Under the pieces are notes generated by a model. The model had not been told where the DNA came from and made no database searches. It saw only the letters and a list, made by a program, of their open reading frames with translations. A stretch of 64,000 nt of DNA. It comes from an uncultured Armatimonadia bacterium. GTDB taxonomy: Bacteria > Armatimonadota > Zipacnadia > CAVVLO01. The stretch spans positions 416,001 through 480,000 of the forward strand of contig CAVVLO010000003.1 of the NCBI GenBank assembly GCA_963749155.1, given 5' to 3'. Made by a program: the position numbers and the translations under genes. Below are positions 10,938-23,373 of this stretch, one piece after another (position 1 is the first letter of the stretch; every line of letters starts with the position of its first letter).

Positions 10938-13748
10938 TCACTCCTCAGGTTGCCACAGGTCCAGTTCGTCCACCAATAGTCGCCCTTCTGGCTCGCTGCC
11001 TTCGGCCTTCCACACATCTACATACAAGGCGGCGTTCGTAAAACCTTCTGGCCAGTCGTCAGAATTAATTTTTCCCTCGAATTTTACCCATTCCGAGTCG
11101 CCCTTCGGGCACTGGCCCGGCCCCATCAACACTGTATCGCCAAGCCACTTGCCCTCGCCAAAACGCGCCAGGGCGATCTGGCAGTTGGCCAGCCTCAGGC
11201 CCTCGGCCTTTACCCATACACTCCAGTACAGGGGGAGGTTCGGCTTCAGGCGCAGATACCATTGTTGCCAGTTCACAATCCGCCCATTGTAAGGCGCAGA
11301 AATCTCCAGACAACCTGGCGCAAGGTGACCAGCCTCGGGAGTCCAGGCGATGGTGCCCTCTCGCTCGGTGTTCCATATCCCTGCCGTGTCGCGCGTAAAG
11401 CCAGGGTCATCAAAGGCCGAAAGCGCCCCTACAGTTATCGGGAAGACCTGCGAGAGTACCTTTTCATCCTGCCGGAGCGTAAGGCGCACGAAGGCCAGAG
11501 CGTGCTCGGTTGTCCTCGGTGGCGCTTACGCGAAGGGTGGCCTGGTGCGCCTTCGGTTGAAAGAGACGCCTGCACGCTTGGCTCGGATTGCAGCACCTCA
11601 TAGCTGACAGTGGCGCCCTTGGGGAGGGTTGCCAGTGCGCGTTCCGGCCGAACCGGCGGCCATCAGGCTGGAAGGTCTGAGCTTCGTCAGAGCGCCCCAG
11701 GAATTGCCAAGGCGCTCGAGCGCAGCGCTGCCGGAGCAGGAAAAGAGGCCCGTGCGAGAGGTCGAGTGTGAGATCGCTGGCTTTGCCTTCTGCAACGACA
11801 TTGCCATAGAGGTCAAGCACGGTGAGTTGCTCTCCTGGCGCGCAGCCAAGGTCAGTCGCTCGACGCTCGGGCGCTTTGCCCAGCGCATCATCAAGCACGA
11901 TGGCGCGGCGACCAGAAAACGCGATGACGCGCAGGCCAGGGGCGGCTTCCCACGCGCCAAGCGCCCTGCGGCCATCGAAGGCTTTTGTCAGCGCAGCGAA
12001 GGCGGCGTAGCCAATCTTCGGAAGCAACCCCTCATACAAGAGGCCAATCGCCCCATCGTGCGCATACTCTGCCTCTCCCCAGGTTGGCTTGTGGAAGGGG
12101 TCATGCGGGTCCAGAGTGCAGAACCAGAAGACCTTGTCAGTGGGACGTTCCGAGAGGAAGAGCGCCATATCGCCGATGAGCAACTGCGCCTGAGCGAGCT
12201 CATCCGTGCCAACTTTCTGGTTGAAGTCCGGGTTGAGATCGCAGGCGGAAGCGCCTATCTCGTTCAGCCAGGCGGGCTTGTCCCAGCCCTCCGCTCCTCC
12301 CCACAGGTCTAGCCTGGTGCGGATATGGTGGAGGACAGTAGAAGGCGGCGAGTAGGTATGGAAGGTAAAGACATCGGTCTCGTCGGCGCGCCCAGCTTGA
12401 CCGTGTCGCGCAGCCAGTGGCGATAACCTGCGCTGCTTGGCGCATCGATAAAGCAGTCAGGATCAGCCGTCTTGGCCGCCTGGCGCGTTACCTCGAGCAA
12501 GTCTACATACTGGTCGGCGTTCTCGCCCGCAGTGCCAGGCCACATCATATCGGGCTCGTTCCAGGCCTCATAGTGACTGATGCGCCCGCGGAAGTGAGTC
12601 GCCAGAGCGCGCACCCAGTCGCCCCATAATCTCAGCTTGTCAGGCGGGGGCGGCGTCTGCAAGAGGCCGCTGCCGCCAACACTTTCTGGCGAACTGAACA
12701 GGATGGCCTCATACTCGAGTCCTAACTGCTCGCAGCGCGCGATGGTATTGTCGAGCTGGGTGAAGTCATAGACGCCGGGTTCGGGCTCCTGAGTGCGCCA
12801 GGTGTTTTCCCAGGCAAGCCAGGGCCGCACCCATTTGGCCCCCGTCGCCTGCACCAGCGGAAACTGGAAGGTATACGCCCACAGTTGATGCTGGAAGAGG
12901 TTGATGCCGAAGCTGGACTCCTCAGGTGAGATGTCCGCGCGCGGCGCGGGCACGCGTGTCAGGCGCAGGACCCAGGCAAGTTCCTTCCCCGCCGCATCAA
13001 GCAGCCGCGCCTCGAAGACGCCATAGCGAGGCAGCTTCACCTGGATTTCCGGTGTGCCGAACTCGCCCGCTTCAAGAGGCAGCTTGACAGGATAATCACC
13101 GACGGCCTCGCCCGTCAGCTTGTCGGTGACTTCGAGCTGTAGGCCCGCTTCCGTCACGCCAAGCGCCAAGAGGCGCACCTGAAGGGATTCTCGGTCAAGG
13201 GCGAGATGGCCAACCTCGTCGGTCTCAAGCCGGTATACTGGCCCCTCTCCCGCCGGTAGCAGGTGGAAAGGCGCAAGCACCCCGCCAGGAAGCTCCAGCA
13301 CCAGGCCAGCCAGACACTCCTCTGAGTAGAAAGCCTGGTTGAACCACAGGTCGGTCAGCTCCACCCGCTGGCAGTTCATCCCGCCCGCGACGAGTCGCGC
13401 TTTGAAGCGCCAGTGCGGTTCTTCATAGCTGTAAAGCCCGCTTGCATCAGCTTCCAGCCAATGGCAGGTTGCCCTTGCCCAGTCATCCGGCGCGCTGGAA
13501 GGGGTGACAACTACACCCAGCCTTGCAGGCGCGGCTGCCACTGATATGGCCTCAAAGAGCCCCCCGACTGGACCGGGCAGCTCCAGCGTCTGACCGAGCC
13601 AGGAGGGATGCACCCACTGACCGCGATACTGATCAAGCAAGTCCAATAGCAGCGGTTTGGCGTTGTGGGGCAAGCTACTTGCCCAGGCCGATGTCGTCAT
13701 CGCTATTATCACCAGCAAAAGGCCGAAGCCCCTGATTCGTCTGCCCAT
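10938..13748 (-). CDS. Secreted clan GH-A (GH39/GH5-like) glycoside hydrolase with C-terminal CBM-like domain (several frameshifts)
   Basis: Signal peptide; FGIN...GAKWVR...EPEPGVYDFTQLD; HYEAWNEPD acid/base motif; KVFWF...GLL; C-terminal jelly-roll-like SVWVKAE...LLVDELDL. Confidence 0.7.
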
Positions 13749-13757
13749 CGAGGCTCC

Positions 13758-16635
13758 TTAGTAGATCGCTGTGATTTTCAAGGTAACCGAGCCGCGCCCC
13801 TCGGTCCAGTCGTCAATCCCCGCCAGCGCCTCAAAGCGGTTGAAGCGCCCACCCAGCGAGTAGACCAGCCGCGCGGGGGCGTCCAGCTTGGCGGCCCACT
13901 GGGCCTGTTGGCCACCGATTTTGAGCGCGCCCAGGCCAAGCGCCGGGGTCGCTCCACCTGATTGCACGGCTAGTTTGGCTGGAAGGTCGGCAAGCCGCGT
14001 GACAGCGCCTTCGTTCGCCACAAATTGGGGGTTGCCGAGTGCGAAGGAATCGTACTCGCCCCCATCCCCCGCCTGGCCCACCTCGAGGCGCAGTTCCTGG
14101 ACACCGGAAAGGTCGAGAGCCAGATTGAATGCCGGCTCGCCGCCCCGTATGACACCGCTCTCAAACAGCACTTTGGAGACTGTCCAGCGAGCTTCTACAA
14201 CTGGGCCAGGGGGCAATCCAAACCGGAAGGCCCGCGCCTTCAGGTTGAGGCTCTGTCCAAGCGGGATTGGCCCTTCCCAGAGAGGCGAGTCGGCCGTTGG
14301 AGCCGTGCCATCCATCGTGTAGCGCACCTGGGCGCCTGGTGCGGCGATGACAGAGACCTCGGTACCCGCTTCGACCTCGCCTGAACCCGGAAGCACCAGC
14401 ACTTCGTCGTAGGCAAGAGGCGCGAGCTCGACAAGCTGCTCGCTTTCGGCCGCTGGGAAGGTCACAACGCCATCGGCTTCACTGCACTCCGCAAGCGCAA
14501 GGCGCTCTCCCCGGCTGCCCAGCCTCAGCGCGCGCGTGCTGGAGGGAGCCTCGGGCAGATCGTCTGGGCGAAGCCGCCAGGGGCCCTCGGCGACCACGTG
14601 AAGCTGCCAGTTGCCTGCCGCGTTCAAGAAGGCTGCGAAGTCGCCCTTCCCCTCGAAAGGCCCTGCGGCGCGCGCAACTGACGTCTGCACGAAGAGGAAA
14701 CCAGGCGCCTCCACCCGCGTAAGGGGCGCGCCTTCCTCCATCAGCCGGGACTCGCGGATATCCGGCCCTTCAGCCAGGAACCCATACGGCGCGAGCATCA
14801 CGTTCTCCCACTCGCGCGGTTTGGAGTCGTAGTTTACGACCGCAGTGGCGCCCGAGGAGAAGCGCGTTCGCTGCAGCAGGCGGTCCTCGGAGAGGAACTC
14901 GTGGTGCTCCAGCTGGGTGAAAGCGACCGCCTCGTGCCATTTGCAGGTCAGCCGATACGTCTGGAGGAAGCGCTGCCGCTCGCGGTCCCAGCCGTAGCCG
15001 AGTTCATTCGCCCACATCAGAGGGGGGGTGCCGTAGAGGATATTACTGATATCTTTGAAGTCCGAAAGCTCGGGCGCGATGTCATACGCATAGCCCGATG
15101 AGTCGCCCCAGTACCAGGTGCTGACCAGGCAGTCATGATACAGGAGTTCGTAAAGAGGTATCCGCACCCGGGGGTTTACGCCGTAGTCGAGATACCGCGA
15201 GGGGAACTGGTCACGGTTCTTGATACGCACCAGATGGCCAGCGTCGTATTCCCACCAGAAACTGCCGCTCATCGTGCCCTCGGCATAGTCCACATAAGGC
15301 TGCGTCCAGGCTTTGGCGTGTTCTCCGCCGACAACCAGCCCCTTCTGCTGCATCCAGGAGAGCAGTTCGCGGCGATAATCGGCGTCCTGTCGACGGTCGA
15401 AAGTATGGTCTGGATGATAATCCTCGACCAGGTCAACAGCAGGCGACACGTCAATGAATCTAAGCGTGAAGGGCCACTTGGCGAGCAGGTCCGGCACGTA
15501 GGCTTCAGCGGCGGCGACCGACTGGCTGGAAGAACGCTGATAGTATTGCAGGCCCTCCAGTGTCAGCCAGCCTGTGCGCGCTTTACCATCAGGCGCGCGA
15601 TAGCTCTCCTTCTCGATATTGCCGCGCGTGATGCCAGGGGGACCTTCCAGCAAGTCTACATAGTTGTCGTATTCCCCGGTCAGGAAGGCGAGGTCCGTCA
15701 ACTTGCGGATCTCCTCAGGCGGGAAGCGCCCGTACACGATGGCCCGGGCCACACCCCGGGCGCGGGCCTCCTCGGCAAATCGCAGCCCATCGGAGCCCCA
15801 AACCAGACACGCGCCTGCGCAGCCAGTCGAGCCGGGGCCTCGTTTTGGCTCTCTCGGTGAGGGGCACAAGCTGGCCCTGCCCCGCCGCCCAGTCGCGGTA
15901 GAGCTTCGCCAGGGCTACGTAGCCGCCCTCGGGAGAAAACCGATAACTGACCGCGCGCGGAGAAGCGAACTTGCCGAGGGACGAGATCCAGATGACCCGC
16001 GGCCAGCTCTTGCTGTCAGCGTCAGGTTCGAAGCGGACAACGACATCGCAGGGGGTCTCCAGCAGCAGCGCGCAGCCAGCCCCAGTGGAGAGGTCCACCA
16101 TCCCGACGAAGGGCTGATCCAGCGCATTTGTGTTGCCGTAGCACATCAGGGTCTTGCCGCGGTAGGTCTCATCACTCTGGGGGATGAGCGCCCCCGAGGA
16201 ACGGTCACAAAACAGCAGCGCCCCCTCCGCAAGCGTCGCGTGGAAAACCGGCGGATAGTTGAGCCAGGCGAAGTCAGCCTGCGGATCCTCGGCTTCGATT
16301 GTGAAGCTGAGCGCGCCCTCAGCGCTGAGCGAGACCGCGCACCAGAAACGCGATTCGGTCTGGCAGTGGCGGAAGAGCAGCCTCAGCGAGGCTGGAGAGG
16401 TCTTCTCGGCCTGCAATATGAAACCCGTATCGTCCCCGCCCTGGGCCTCCCACACCTGTCCGGAGCGGCTGTCGGTCGCCGTGTAGGTGTGCTTCAGGCC
16501 ATCGGGGGCGACGTCGAGAACAAGCGCCAGCGGTCCGGCGGCGATTTCAAGCCGGGCAGGCCCCTCGTAGCCCTGGGCAACCGCCAGGGTCGCGCAGGCA
16601 AGCAGCAGTCCGACAAACGCGAGTAACACCTTCAT
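13758..16635 (-). CDS. Secreted GH129/GH101-related glycoside hydrolase with Fn3-associated and NPCBM domains (frameshift near 15810)
   Basis: Signal peptide MKVLLAFV; RFIDV, VVGGEH, RIPLYELLYHDC..STWYWGD; VRYTMDGTAPTADSP; NPCBM-like C-terminus (RFEALAGIDD...GSV). Confidence 0.7.
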
Positions 16636-16643
16636 CTGTCTCC

Positions 16644-17985
16644 TCACTCGTGGTGGGCAGTGGCGGGTTTGGCCTCGACATAATGGTCGTTCCAGTGGTT
16701 CTCGAGGTCAGCGCGCCAGGCCTGGGCGTCCTCCGTCAGTTCGGCGGCAAGCCTGGGATATTGTTCCTTCAGGTTAAGCCTCTCGCCGGGGTCGTCGGAA
16801 AGGTTGGAGAGATGCACCGAATCCTCGGGCGGGGCGCCTTCTACGAGTTGACCGTTCAGCACCAGCTTCCAGTCGCCGCGCCGGACGGCCGTCTGGTCGC
16901 CCATCTCCCAGTAAATCGCCTCGTGGGGGCTCTTGGCGCCGCTCGTGACCATCGGCAACACGTTCAGCCCGTCCAGCTCGTAGTCGGCCGGATTTCCACC
17001 GGCGGCGCTGAGCACAGTTGGGAAAAGGTCCATTGCCGCGCCCGGCTCGCTGATGACCTGACCGGCGGGGATGGCGGCGGGCCAGCTCATAAGGCAGGGC
17101 ATCCGGATACCACCCTCATAGAGGCTAAATTTGTGGCCCTTCAACGGTCCTGCGGTGCCGCCGTAGTAGGGATCAGTGTTGCCATCGAGCCAGTTGCGCG
17201 TCTCGCGGCTTGGGCCATTGTCGCTCTGGAAGAAGACAAAAGTGTTCTCGGTGAGGCCATTGCGTTCGAGCGCGTCCCTCACCTGGCCGACGCCATCGTC
17301 CACCGCAGCGAGCATCGCGGCCATTATCGCCCTGTCCCACGGCAGGCCAGGGAAGCGGTCGAGATACTCTTTGGGCGCGTGCATCGTGTAGTGGGGCGCG
17401 TTGTAGGCGACATAGAGGAAGAAGGGCTCCTCGTGCCTCGCGGCGTCTTCGATATAATCCACGGCGCGCTCGGAGATAAGCTCGGTAACGTAGTGACCGT
17501 TGTCCCAGATCTCCTCGTTGTCCTCGAACAGGTCGTGGACGGGATCGTGACCGCCCCAGTAGAAGATATGCGAATAATAGTCTACGCACCCGGCCAGCAG
17601 GCCCATCCAGCGGTCGAAGCCGCGATTTTGGGGCCGATAGTCCTCTGCAACGCCCAGGTGCCATTTGCCGGACATATAGGTGCGGTAGCCTTCCTGCTTG
17701 AGGGCGCTTGCGATGGTGGGCGTCGTCTGAGGCAGGCCCGTCGCCTGGCGATGGCCGGCGAGGATGCTTCTCACACCCGAGTGACCAGGATAGCGCCCCG
17801 TCAGCACTGAAGCCCTCGAAGGGCGAGCAGACAGGCGAATTGGAGTACCAGTCGGTAAACCGCACCCCAGAGGCCGCAAGCGCGTCCAGATGAGGCGTCT
17901 TGAGGTCGCTTGCGCCCATACAGCCCAGGTCGCCGTAGCCCTGATCGTCAGTGTAGAAGATAACGAAATTCGGTCTTTTTGCCAT
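16644..17985 (-). CDS. Arylsulfatase family protein (Cys-type, frameshift near 17820)
   Basis: KRPNFVIFYTDDQGYGD, CSP[S]RASVLTG formylglycine motif across the frameshift, GKWHLG, APH, SDNG, GHKFSLYEGGIR. Confidence 0.92.
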
Positions 17986-18151
17986 TGCATACTCCTTTAC
18001 CAGACAGACTGTTAGGGAGATTCGCTGAAGTTATCAGATTTCCTACAGCAATTGGGCCCCTGGACGCTAAGATTCAAGTTGGTACGAGAGAGGCCGTTTC
18101 CGAGATTAGCTTTGGCAAGGACTTCAGTCCGTTTTCACCTGGAGGCAAGGT

Positions 18152-20051
18152 ATGCGCTTCCCCTTCCTGGTCTGCCTGATGATGCTGACAATTGCCCCGC
18201 TATTGCTCTGCCCGGTAGTCCTCCACGCCCAGACTGAGCAGCCCGGCTTCAAAATGCAGACTGGGAAGCAGCCCAGGGCGTCTGAGGCTGGACAACTGGC
18301 TGCGATCCTCATATGTGCTTGTTCTTCCAGTTGCAGGACTGGTGTAGAGCCCAGCACTCCTTGCAGATGCTGGACAATCTGCCTGGATTCGAGGCGTCGA
18401 CTGCACATTATCTGCTTTCTTTTCGGGAAGAACTGCAAGACCTGATCGCCACTTATGGGGAAGAAGCCCAAGTACGCTGCTGGTCTGAGGGAACTCGGGT
18501 GCCGAGTCATACCGGGAGCTGGACCTGCGGGATGAGGCGGCGGCAAACGCCTATCTTGCATATCGAGCAAGCCTGCCTGAATCCGAGCAGGCTGCCCTTC
18601 CCCTCTTTGCCGAAGCAGCTTTGGGCGATTTGCTGGCGAAGACGCAAGCAATCCTTGGCTTGGGACTGGATGACCTCGAGGCCCTCCGTTATGTGGTTAG
18701 CTGGACTGAAAAACAGCTCACCCAGGCACAGACGCTAAAGCCGGATGAACAGACTGCTAGCCTGGGTATTCCCGATTACTATGAGCCGTGCAAGCAGCAG
18801 TTGGCCCGACTCGAGCGGTTAGGGGAAATCGTCAAGTTGCCGGTGCGCTCGCTGCCCGAGTTCTTTGCGATGGAACTGGCTGCCAACCCAAAACTTGATG
18901 AGATGATAACCGAACTTGAGGCCGCCAAATCGGAGTTCGGAGGGGAGTTTGGCGCGGTCTGGACCCTGGTTGTCAACCCCTTAAGTTACTCATATACCGG
19001 CACTCGCAAGCTGAGCGTGGACTATCTTCTTGTCTGCGCCCAAGGCGTTCGCGGACTTCGAGACGGCAAGGTTGCTGACCTCAAAACCGCACTTGGCTAT
19101 TTCACAGACAGCGACGCAGACCTGGCTGCCAGGCCAATACCGCGCGGCTATTGGGAAATGGGCGAGGCGCTCCTTCGACTGGAAGCGGGCTTCGTGCCCC
19201 GTCCAGTTACAGCTGAAGACTGGCACTCGATGCAGGAGTGCTGGCGTATCGAGCTGGCCTTCTTCAAGGGTTATCTGACAGAAATCGAAGCGCTTCGACT
19301 TGCCCGCGCCCGGCTTGCTCTCCTCATCGCCCGGTACAGTGGCGAGCAGAGACTGCGCTGCTGGGAGCCTGGTATCCCGCTAGCTGCTGAACTTGCCGCT
19401 CTCAATCTGCGCGATGATGCGGCAGTGATGGCCTGGCGTCGCAGCACGGATGAGATGCCCGCCAGCGCCCACAGCGACCTTCCCATACTCGCAGAGGAGC
19501 CACTTTTCGAGCTGATGGCGAGGCTCCAGAACCATATAGGGCTTGCCGAGAACGACGCTGACGCGCTTCGCTATGCGGTGGTCTGGGCCGAGGAGTATCT
19601 CGCAAGGCAGCGCGCAATCCCCGAGCCTGCTGGACACTATGGCCCGTGGCATTATCCGCATATCTACGAGCCTTGCAAAAGACGCCTGACCGAGTTGCTT
19701 GCCGAGGGCGCCAGGCTAGCGCCGGCGGCCTTCACCCTTTATGGGCAGTTTCCACTTGTAGAAGCTGAAAACGAATACTTCCTGCCTCTCGGCAGCCTCC
19801 CCTTGCCTCTGGACAGTGTGAGATGGGATTCGCAAACAAAAACGGCCAGGTTGGCTTTACCCACGCCAATCAGCCTTACGGCAGGCGTTCAGCGCGCCCT
19901 GGTTGGCAAAAAGTCGGTGCCCCTGACTGCTGCCCCTCTGTTAAGAGATTCCGAGCTCTATCTGGCGGCGCGCGATCTGCCTCTGCTCGGGGTAGCTTAC
20001 CGATGGGATCCTGCCCTCAGCGCCTTGCGGGTGACCCTGAGCAAGCGCTGA
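18152..20051 (+). CDS. Secreted hypothetical protein with internal duplication and C-terminal copper-amine-oxidase N-terminal (stalk)-like domain (frameshifted)
   Basis: GGAGG RBS, signal peptide; C-terminus VRWDSQTKTA...LTAAPLLRDSELYLAARDL.LLGVAYRWD; pieces in three frames. Confidence 0.6.
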
Positions 20052-20115
20052 TATCTCAGAGGAGACCTGCTTCTTGCGGCGAACCTCCTGCCACCGCTTT
20101 GTGGGAGGCAGGCTT

Positions 20116-21553
20116 ATGAAGGACCTTACCAACTATGCCGTCGAGGTCGCCACCGGCCTTGGCGCCAATTATGCTGACGCGCGCCTGGAGCATTCTCTGC
20201 ACGAGAATCTGATGGTCCGCAACGGCAAGCCCGAGGGCATCAGTTCGACCGAAAGCGAAGGGCTGGGCGTCCGAGTGATCGTAAAGGGCGCCTGGGGCTT
20301 TGCCGCCTCGGACGATCTTTCCAAAGCAGGCCTCGAAGCGACCGCCGAGAGGGCAGTCGCAATTGCCAAAGCAAGCGCCCTGGCCAAAAGTAAACCGGTA
20401 GAGCTGGCGCCTCTAGCTCCAGAGGTGGCTAGTTGGGTTTCTCCCTGCCAGCAAGACCCCTTTGCCGTCCCGCTTGAGGCCAAACTCGCTCTGCTGCTCG
20501 AGGCAGACAAGCTTATGCAAGCCGCTGGGGCAACTCTCACCGAGGCGGAGCTGGACTTCCTGCGCGTCGACAAGCACTTCGCAAGCAGCGAGGGGGCCTG
20601 CATCGCCCAGCGCATCACCCATTCGGGCGGCGGGCTCATCGCAACTGCCATCGAGGGCGATGAGCTGCAGACGCGCTCCTATCCCGCGGCTTTCGGCGGC
20701 GATATCGCTTCGAGCCGGCTGGGAGTTCGTCGAGGCTATGGACCTGGCTGGTCACGCCGAGGAGCTTACCGCCGAAGCGCGCGCCTTGCTCGCAGCCCCC
20801 TCCTGCCCGGAGGGCGAGATGGACCTTATTCTGACAGGCTCCCAGCTTGCCTTGCAGGTACACGAGAGCTGTGGCCATCCCATCGAGCTGGACCGGGTGC
20901 TCGGCACCGAAGCCTCTTTCGCGGGGCGCAGTTTTCTGACCCTGGAGAAACTTGGCAACTTCACTTATGGCTCTCCGCTGGTGAATATCACCGCCGATGC
21001 GACGATCCCAGGGGCGCTTGGCAGTTTTGGCTTCGATGATGAGGGCGTGCCTGCCCAGTGCGTGGACATCGTGAAAGAAGGTCGCTTCGTCGGTTATCTC
21101 AGCAGCCGCGAGACAGCCCCTGTCATCGGGCAGGCCAGCGGGGGGGCGATGCGGGCGGACTCCTGGGGCGCTCTGCCGCTTATCCGGATGACCAATATCA
21201 ACCTGCTACCTGGTGATTCCAGCCTGGCGGAGTTGATTTCGGGCATAAAATACGGCGTGCTGATGGACGCCAACAAGAGCTGGAGCATTGACGACCACCG
21301 GCTCAACTTCCAGTTTGGCTGCGAGCTTGGACGCGTCATCCGGGACGGGAAGCTCGCCGAACTCGTGAAGAATCCCGTCTACACCGGCATCACGCCCGAG
21401 TTCTGGGGCGCTTGCGATGGCATCGCGGGGCCGGCCGAGTGGCGTGTCTGGGGCGTGCCCAACTGCGGCAAAGGCGAGCCTATGCAGGTAGCTCGAGTTG
21501 CCCACGGCACTTCGCCAGCGCGCTTCCGCAAAGTGCATATCACCTGTGCCTGA
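20116..21553 (+). CDS. tldD: TldD metalloprotease subunit (frameshift near 20715)
   Basis: YADAR, GLGVRV...WGFA, HESCGHPIELD zinc motif, FDDEG, PLIRMTN, CGKGEP. Confidence 0.92.
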
Positions 21554-21565
21554 AGGAGGTCCACC

Positions 21566-22892
21566 ATGTTGGAAGAGCGCGCAATCCGGGACCTGGGAGC
21601 GCTGGCTCTGGCAGCCTCGAAGGCCGACCAGTGCGAAGTGCTGGTAGATTCGGGCACCGGGCAGCTTACCCGGTTTGCCGAAAACACAATTCATCAACAC
21701 ATGGCGCGCGAGGAGACAAACCTCAGTGTGCGCGCGGTGCTGGGCAAACGCATCGGAGTCGCAAGCGGCAACGTGACCACTCCCGAAGCCGTGCGCGAGC
21801 TGGTGGCCAAAGCTGAAGCTTTGGCTCGCAATATGCCTCCGCTTGAAGACTTCGTCTCTCTGCCCGGCCCTCAGCCGGCGCCAGCGCCAGTGGGCTTCGA
21901 TGAGGCGACCGCCGATTTGCCTGCCGAGGCTAGAGCGCGCCGGGTGCTTTATGGACTGGAGAAGGCCAAAGAGGCCGGCGTTGCGGCCTCGGGGCGTCTC
22001 TCTAACCACTGGCAGCGGCTGGGAGTATTCAACTCGCTGGGCCTGGCGCAGGTCGTCGAAAACACCTCGGTGGCGTTTTCTACCGTAATGACAGCCGGCA
22101 CGGGGGCAGGTTATGCTGCCTGTAACTCGTGGCGTTATGACGACCTTAAGGTTGAAGAGAAATTCGATCTGGCGCTGGCCAAAGCGGTGGGCAGCCGCGA
22201 CCCGATTGATTTTGAGCCAGGTCGCTATACAGTGCTGCTCGAACCGGCCGCCGTGGAAGACCTGCTCGGGCTGCTCGCCTGGGCGGGCCTCTCGGCCAAG
22301 CAGGTGCAGGAGGACACCTCCTTTATGGCGGGGCACTTGGGCGAACAGATTACAGGCGCCAATTTTACGCTGTTCGACGAGGGGCAGAGCCCCGCTGGGA
22401 TGCCGATGGCTTGCGACTGGGAGGGCGTACCCCGGCAAGCGCGTGGAGCTTGTCACCAGGGGCATTGCGATGGGGCCGGTCTATGATTCTTACACAGCCT
22501 TCCGCGAGGGCAAGCAGTCTACAGGCCACGCGGGCCCTGCGCCTAATCCTTATGGGCCGTATCCCGCCTGTCTGTTTATCGAGCCAGGCCAGGCTTCTTT
22601 CGACGAGCTGCTCACCAGCGTGGACAGGGGCCTGTTGGTGACCCGTTTCCATTACACCAATCTGGTGCATCACAAGCGAGTAATAGGCACCGGGATGACC
22701 CGCGATGGGACTTTCCTCCTCGAGAAGGGCCAAATTGGGGCGCCTATCAGGAATCTCCGGTTCACCGAGAACCTGCTCGAAGCCTTCGCGCGCATCGCTC
22801 TCCTGGGCGCCGAGGTGGAACGCGTCGGCAGTACCGTAGTTCCAGCGATGGTTCTCGAGGATTTCCATTTCAACGGCAAGACCGAATTCTAA
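21566..22892 (+). CDS. tldE: TldE/PmbA family protein (frameshift near 22438)
   Basis: TRFAENTIHQ, PGRYTVLLEP.AV, DWEG, STGH, TGMTRDG, NLRF; follows tldD. Confidence 0.88.
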
Positions 22893-22934
22893 AACGGGAC
22901 TTCACAGGGGGCAGTGGCGCGAAGCCTGCCCTGC

Positions 22935-23266
22935 CGCGAAGCGAGTGCAGGGGTGCAGTACCCCCCCGGCCGCGTGTTTCGGGAGCTTGCTCCCGAAACC
23001 TCAAGGGAGCCATAAGGGCTGGGCGGGTCTCAGACCCGCCCCTACAAAACCCAAAGACCTGCTTGAGAGCAGCGCGAAGCGAGTGCAGGGGTGCAGTACC
23101 CCCCCGGCCGCGTGTTTCGGGAGCTTGCTCCCGAAACCTCAAGGGAGTCATAAAAGCTGGGCGGGTCTCAGACCCGCCCCTACAAAAACCAAAGACCTGC
23201 TTGAGAGCAGCGCGAAGCGAGTGCAGGGGTGCAGGGGATAATATCCCCTGCGCCTTTCAGCCTTTA
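22935..23266. repeat. Composite extragenic palindromic repeat array: two 138-bp tandem units plus a terminal module
   Basis: CGCGAAGCGAGTGCAGGGGTGCAG at 22935, 23073, 23211; hairpins TTTCGGGAGC-TT-GCTCCCGAAA, GGGCGGGTCT-C-AGACCCGCCC+CTAC, GCAGGGGATA-A-TATCCCCTGC. Confidence 0.95.
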
Positions 23267-23373
23267 CCGCTCGCAGGAGTTGTTCCATCCCCGTTGAATT
23301 CTTTCCTATCCCATGCGGAGGGTATGATGCTGGTGGCTGGAAGCCTGACTGAGTCCTGTGGAGCGCCTGGCCT

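Noticed and set aside
20116..22892. tldD/tldE as part of a RiPP (microcin-type) cluster
   Set aside because: No precursor peptide, YcaO or other modification enzyme nearby
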